Of a DNA stretch of 64,000 nucleotides, positions 59,309 through 64,000 are shown one piece after another. Location of the stretch: the NCBI GenBank assembly GCA_963709345.1, contig CAVPVX010000001.1, positions 320,001 to 384,000 of the forward strand, in the 5' to 3' direction. The translations under genes were made by a program, and so were the position numbers. Under the pieces are notes generated by a model. That model was not told the DNA's origin, did not search any database, and saw only the letters and a program-made list of their open reading frames with translations. How positions within the stretch are numbered: position 1 is the stretch's first letter; each line of letters begins with the position of its first letter. This stretch comes from an uncultured Actinomycetes bacterium. Lineage in GTDB: Bacteria; Actinomycetota; Thermoleophilia; UBA2241.

Positions 59309-60015
59309 TGGCCGAATCAGGAGCGCGCATCCTGCTCGTCGACGACGAGGAGGCGATCCTGAAACTCCTGCGCTTCCCGCTCGAAAAGGAGGGCTATCAG
59401 GTCGTGAGCGCACGCGACGGCGACGAGGCCCTCGAGACTTTCGCGCGAGAGGACTTCGACCTCGTCATCCTCGACATCATGCTGCCGCACATCGACGGTA
59501 TGGAGGTCTGCCGTCGCATCCGCGCCCAGAGCATCGTCCCCATCATCATGCTCACCGCGAAGAGCGACGAGTTCGACAAGGTGCTCGGCCTCGAGATCGG
59601 CGCCGACGACTACATCACCAAGGACAAGTTCAGCCTGCGCGAGTTCCGCAGCCGCGTCCGCGCCCAGCTGCGTCGCGCCGAGATGAGCCGAAGCGCCGAA
59701 GCCACGAAGAAGGAGGTCATCACGATCGACGACCTCAAGGTCGACGTGCTCAAGCGCAACGTCGTCGTACGTGGCGCGAAGGCCGATCTTACCTACATCG
59801 AGTTCGAGATCCTGAAGACCCTGATCTCGCATCCCGGCCGCGTGTACAGCCGTCAGCTCCTGCTGCAACTCGTCTGGGGCGACAGCGACTACCGTGACTC
59901 GCGGACGGTGGACGTTCACATCCGGCACCTGCGTGAGAAGCTCGAGACGGATCCCAAGGATCCCGAGTTCATCTTCACGGTGCGCAACATCGGCTACAAG
60001 TTCCGCGAGTTCTAG
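59308..60015 (+). CDS. OmpR-family response regulator
   Basis: LVDDE, LDIMLP..DG, LTAK, GADDYITK, RTVDVHIR.LR.K. Confidence 0.95.
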   Translation: MAESGARILLVDDEEAILKLLRFPLEKEGYQVVSARDGDEALETFAREDFDLVILDIMLPHIDGMEVCRRIRAQSIVPIIMLTAKSDEFDKVLGLEIGADDYITKDKFSLREFRSRVRAQLRRAEMSRSAEATKKEVITIDDLKVDVLKRNVVVRGAKADLTYIEFEILKTLISHPGRVYSRQLLLQLVWGDSDYRDSRTVDVHIRHLREKLETDPKDPEFIFTVRNIGYKFREF

Positions 60016-60045
60016 AAGCTCACGGCGCCGAGGCGCCCGAGGCGT

Positions 60046-61836
60046 ATGTTCCGCTCAGTCAAGAACTGGCTCACTCTTCTCATCGTCGGCCTCGTCGCGC
60101 TGGCGATGCTGGTCGCATGGGTCTACGTCGTGCCGCCTCTCCGCGGTCGCCTGGTCGAGCAGAAGCTGGTCGACGCACGAGGCAACGCCCGGCTGATCAG
60201 CGAGACCGTCAGCCAGTTCATCGCATACAACGCGACCTCCGGCCAGCTCAGCGTCTTCGACGAGAACTCCCTCGACCGCACCGTGAGCAGCATCGCCACC
60301 CGGTTCGGCGGTCGCGTGATCGTCTACACCCGGAACCTCGTGCCGCGGAAGGACTCCGGGGGTCAGGACCCCCTCGACGTCGCGGACTACCCGATGCTGG
60401 AGGAAGCCGTCAGGCGAGGGCGCGTCACCCAGGGCACGGTGACCACCGCGAACGGGCGCGTCGCAGCAACGGCCGTCCCTCTGTACTCGGCGAATGCGGG
60501 CCGCACCGTCGTCGCCGGCGTGCTCGTCATCTCGTCGCTCGAAGACGTGGACAACGCCGTCGAGGCCGTCCAGCGGCAGCTGCTCCTCGCGACGATCCTT
60601 GCCCTCGCCATCAGCCTGATGCTCGGCTACATGGCGTCGTTCTTCATCGCCCGCCGGCTGAAGCGCATCGAGCGCAGCGCCGAGGCGATCGCCGGTGGGG
60701 ACCTCTCGATCAAGGTGCCCGAGACGCTCGAAGACGAGATCGGCCAGCTGGCCGACACCTTCAACGTCATGGCCGACAGGCTGCGCAGCGCCTTCGCTCA
60801 GGTCGAGTACGAGCGCGACCGCGTCGAGGTGCTGCTCAACGACCTGAGCGAAGGCGTGATCGGCCTGTCGGCTGACGGCGAGGTGACCATCGCCAACCCG
60901 GCGGCGGCCATCCTGCTCCAGGCGCCGATCACCGTGGGCGCGACCGTCGAAGAGGCCCTTCCCGCCGACGTCGTCAACCTCTGGCACGATTCGCGCGCCG
61001 ACGGCTACGCGGACATCCTGGTGTTCGCCCACGGCGACGTCACCCTGGAAGCGACCACGTATCCGGTGGGCAGCTCCGCCGACTTCACCAGCATCGTCGT
61101 GCTCCGCGACGTGACCGCGCAAGCCCGCCTCGAGCGAGCGCGGCGAGATCTCATCGCCAACGCCTCCCACGAGTTCAAGACGCCGCTCTTCTCGCTCGCC
61201 GGGTCTCTGGAGCTCATCGACGAAGGGGAGCTGAGCCCGGAGGAGCAGCGTGAGTTCCTGCAGATCATGCGCCAGCAGGTGGACCGCCTGCGCAACATGG
61301 CCGTCAGCATGCTCGACCTCTCGCGCGTGGAAGCCGGGTCCTTCGAGCTGCACCCCGAAGAGGTGGGCCTGGTCGATGTCGGGCGGTCTGTCCTCGACGA
61401 GTTCCAAGCCCAGGCGCAGACGAAGGAGTTGAAGCTGGAGATCGCCGGCGACGAAGGTCACACGGCATGGTGCGACGAGCAACGGCTCGCACAGGTGCTG
61501 CGCGCGCTGATCGACAACGCCGTGAAGTACTCCCCGTCCGGCAGTTCGGTGCGTCTGACGACGTCGGTCCTGGACGCGGATGCCGTCGTCTGCGTCGAGG
61601 ACGACGGGCCGGGCATCTCCGTGCAGGAGTTGCCGCACGTGTTCGAACGCTTCCACCGTGGCCGCGAGGAGCGCAGCACGACCACCGGCGCCGGATTAGG
61701 TCTCTCGATCGCGCGCGAACTCACGGAGATGATGGGCGGCAGCATCAGCGCCGAGTCGCCGGGCAGGGGCGGCGCGCGGTTCATCCTGCGGCTCCCGCGG
61801 TCGCCCGACAAGCGCCGCACACGCTCCGGCTCGTGA
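60046..61836 (+). CDS. Sensor histidine kinase (TM-HAMP-PAS-HisKA-HATPase)
   Basis: DEIGQLA..FN.MA, ASHEFKTPL, DNAVKY, DDGPGI, GAGLGL. Confidence 0.95.
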   Translation: MFRSVKNWLTLLIVGLVALAMLVAWVYVVPPLRGRLVEQKLVDARGNARLISETVSQFIAYNATSGQLSVFDENSLDRTVSSIATRFGGRVIVYTRNLVPRKDSGGQDPLDVADYPMLEEAVRRGRVTQGTVTTANGRVAATAVPLYSANAGRTVVAGVLVISSLEDVDNAVEAVQRQLLLATILALAISLMLGYMASFFIARRLKRIERSAEAIAGGDLSIKVPETLEDEIGQLADTFNVMADRLRSAFAQVEYERDRVEVLLNDLSEGVIGLSADGEVTIANPAAAILLQAPITVGATVEEALPADVVNLWHDSRADGYADILVFAHGDVTLEATTYPVGSSADFTSIVVLRDVTAQARLERARRDLIANASHEFKTPLFSLAGSLELIDEGELSPEEQREFLQIMRQQVDRLRNMAVSMLDLSRVEAGSFELHPEEVGLVDVGRSVLDEFQAQAQTKELKLEIAGDEGHTAWCDEQRLAQVLRALIDNAVKYSPSGSSVRLTTSVLDADAVVCVEDDGPGISVQELPHVFERFHRGREERSTTTGAGLGLSIARELTEMMGGSISAESPGRGGARFILRLPRSPDKRRTRSGS

Positions 61837-62016
61837 AGACGCAGCCGTCGTCGGCGCAGCGACTTCACGAGCCTTAATGGCCGCGGTGGGGTTACTCAAC
61901 ACGGGCGTGAGAGCAATTAACACCTGCGGGGCATGTAGGACGCGAGCGCAGGCCGGGGCTGGAATGGTGTTCAGGCCTTTCTCGGCACGGCATTCCGGAA
62001 ACGAAGGGAAACGACC

Positions 62017-63198
62017 ATGAAGCTCAGAGGGTTCCTGGCGGGGCTCGCCGGAGGCGCGGCCTCCGCCGCTCTCGTCGTCTTGCTGCTCGTGTTCGTGTTC
62101 GATCTCGGCGGAGTCGAGCAGACGATCGTCCAAGCCATGCCAGAGACCCCGGCCACCTACGCGCCGGCATCGTCCACGGGGCTCACGCCCGACCAGATCT
62201 ATCGCGACCTCTCCGGCGGCGTCGTCATGGTGCTGGCCCGGTTCGACAGCGCCGGCACGGATCAGTTCGGGCAGACCCAAAGCGGTCAGGCGCTGGGCAC
62301 CGGGTTCGTCGTCGACGATCAGGGCTACGTGCTGACCAACGCCCACGTGGTCGAGAGCGACACCGGGCAGCGCGCCGGTGCAGTCACCGTCGTCTTCAAC
62401 GAGGGCGGCTCGGAAGGCAGGCGCGTCGCGGGTGAACTGGTCGGCGTCGACGCTGGCAGCGACGTGGCCGTCATCAAGGTCGACCCGAAGAGGGTCGACC
62501 TGAAGCCCCTCCCCCTCGGCGACTCGGACGAAGTCGTCGTCGGCGAGTCGGTGGTCGCCATCGGCAACCCGCTCGGCTACGACTTCTCCATCACCGCCGG
62601 TATCGTCTCGGCGACGGGCCGGAGCCTGCAGGCTCCCAACGGGCAGACCATCCCCAACGGCATCCAGACTGATGCGGCGATCAACCAAGGGAACTCCGGC
62701 GGACCGCTGATTGACAGCGCCGGCAGAGTGATCGGCATCAACGAGCAGATCGCCTCACAGGGAGGCGGCAACGACGGCCTCGGGTTCGCCGTGCCGATCA
62801 ACACAGCGATCCGATCGCTCGAGCAACTCAAGGCGACCGGCAAGGTGAAGTACGCCTGGATGGGCGTGGGCCTCAAGACGCTGACGAGCGACATCGCGGG
62901 GATGTTCGACATGGAGACGCAGGGCGGCGCCCTTGTCGAGGAGGTCTCGCCGGGCAGCCCCGCCGGCGAAGCCGGGATCAAGGGCGGGGACCAGACCGTC
63001 ACTGTGCAGGGCGAACAGTTCACTATCGGCGGCGACGTGATCGTCAAGGTCGACGACACGGACATCGAGAGCGCGGACGACCTCATCGCGTTCCTCGCCA
63101 AGAAGAAGCCGGGCGACGAGGTGACCGTGACCGTGGAGCGTGACGGCACGAAGCAGCAGCTCACCGTGACGCTGTCGGAGCGACCCGGCGATCTGTAA
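62017..63198 (+). CDS. htrA: HtrA/DegP-family serine protease with PDZ domain
   Basis: TNAHVV, DVAVIK, IQTDAAINQGNSGGPL; PDZ domain; N-terminal TM. Confidence 0.92.
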   Translation: MKLRGFLAGLAGGAASAALVVLLLVFVFDLGGVEQTIVQAMPETPATYAPASSTGLTPDQIYRDLSGGVVMVLARFDSAGTDQFGQTQSGQALGTGFVVDDQGYVLTNAHVVESDTGQRAGAVTVVFNEGGSEGRRVAGELVGVDAGSDVAVIKVDPKRVDLKPLPLGDSDEVVVGESVVAIGNPLGYDFSITAGIVSATGRSLQAPNGQTIPNGIQTDAAINQGNSGGPLIDSAGRVIGINEQIASQGGGNDGLGFAVPINTAIRSLEQLKATGKVKYAWMGVGLKTLTSDIAGMFDMETQGGALVEEVSPGSPAGEAGIKGGDQTVTVQGEQFTIGGDVIVKVDDTDIESADDLIAFLAKKKPGDEVTVTVERDGTKQQLTVTLSERPGDL

Positions 63199-63391
63199 TG
63201 CCGCACGCCGACGCTCAGTAGCCCGGGATGACCGGGTTGAGCGCTGCCTCGCGCCTGACCCGGTCGTAGTGGGCGGCGGCTGACACAGCCGTTCAGCCGC
63301 CGCCACTCACCCCATGGGCGATCGCCATGCTGGTCTCGAAGTGCGACCGCCGCGACCCGGCCCACTGTTTCGGGTACGGTACCCACTCTTT

Positions 63392-63421
63392 TTGACAGAC
63401 CGGCCGTCTCGGGTGTATACC
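63392..63421 (+). promoter_or_regulatory. Sigma-A-type promoter TTGACA-N18-TATACC
   Basis: TTGACAGACCGGCCGTCTCGGGTGTATACC lies upstream of an AGGAG RBS. Confidence 0.5.
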
Positions 63422-63473
63422 GGGTGTCCGGGCCCATAAGGGCTCCCGCATCGCCCGAACACAGGAGAACCGC

Positions 63474-64000
63474 TTGTTGAGCGAGCCGCTCGACGACCGC
63501 ATGCGCACCCTGCTGCCCATCGCGCGTGGCCTGGCCAAGATGTTCGGCCCCGGCTGCGAGGTCGTACTGCACGACATCCGCCGGCTGCCGCACTCCATCG
63601 TCGCCATAGAGAACGGATCCGTCAGCGGCCGCACGGTGGGCGACGTGCCGACCGACCGCATGCTGCGCAACCTGCGCAACACCGGCGATGCCCAGGACGT
63701 ACGCCTCTACATCTCCTCCCACGAGGGGAAGATCCTCAAGTCGCTCGCGGTGACGCTTCGCGACGAGGACGGCTCGCCGTACGGGCTCCTCGGCCTCAAC
63801 TACGACATCTCCGAGGTCGTGCAGGCACAGCGCACGCTTGCGGACTTCACCGCCGTCGGCCCACTGGGCAGCGCCCGAGCGCCGGAGACCGGCGAGATCT
63901 TCGCCGGCGACATCCGCGAGGTGGTGGCGGGCATGATCACCAAGATCGTGAACGAGATGGGCAAGACGCCGGCGGCGATGTCGCGCGAGGAGAAGATGGA
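63474..64000 (+). CDS. YheO-like PAS-HTH regulator, truncated by window edge
   Basis: Manual translation: GLAKMFGPGCEVVLHD...SIVAIENG.VSGR.VG...LKS...LNYD...MSREEKM. Confidence 0.85.
   Translation, partial: MLSEPLDDRMRTLLPIARGLAKMFGPGCEVVLHDIRRLPHSIVAIENGSVSGRTVGDVPTDRMLRNLRNTGDAQDVRLYISSHEGKILKSLAVTLRDEDGSPYGLLGLNYDISEVVQAQRTLADFTAVGPLGSARAPETGEIFAGDIREVVAGMITKIVNEMGKTPAAMSREEKM

Noticed and set aside
61870-61925. Possible response-regulator boxes upstream of htrA
   Set aside because: The TTAA/TTAC elements are too weak and irregularly spaced to support a call.

Overview
Very GC-rich bacterial chromosomal segment, most consistent with an anaerobic actinobacterium of Thermoleophilia type (inference from gene content: type II FAS, MMPL, MttB, tyrosine phenol-lyase, DUF6421). 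No rRNA, tRNA, CRISPR array, prophage or intact IS was recognised. In order, the window holds: (1) a redox/ArsR module (OsmC, ferredoxin, FmdB zinc ribbon, YyaL, Grx-DUF302); (2) a ~9.5 kb operon led by an ECF sigma/anti-sigma pair and carrying fabZ-H-D-G-F, accD-accA and an ABC exporter; (3) amine and amino-acid catabolism genes (ureohydrolase, MttB, OYE, PLP enzyme, tpl) with several regulators; (4) exporters; (5) a lipid-linked glycosylation cluster; (6) a three-gene surface protein-ExbB-DUF2149 unit; (7) rsmG-parA-parB; (8) threonine aldolase-DUF6421; (9) two radical SAM genes; (10) an OmpR-family two-component system with htrA. The best candidates for novelty are an IS1595-transposase Zn-ribbon/HTH fused to a TetR repressor, the ExbB/DUF2149 unit coupled to a prenyltransferase-barrel surface protein, an ECF-promoter-driven fatty-acid operon, a SECIS-like hairpin suggesting a C-terminal selenocysteine in the FmdB protein, and a DPP-III-like metal motif in DUF6421. 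Several internally collapsed gene remnants and single-base frameshifts (possibly assembly errors) are also present. All family calls come from motif recognition by eye; no database searches were run.
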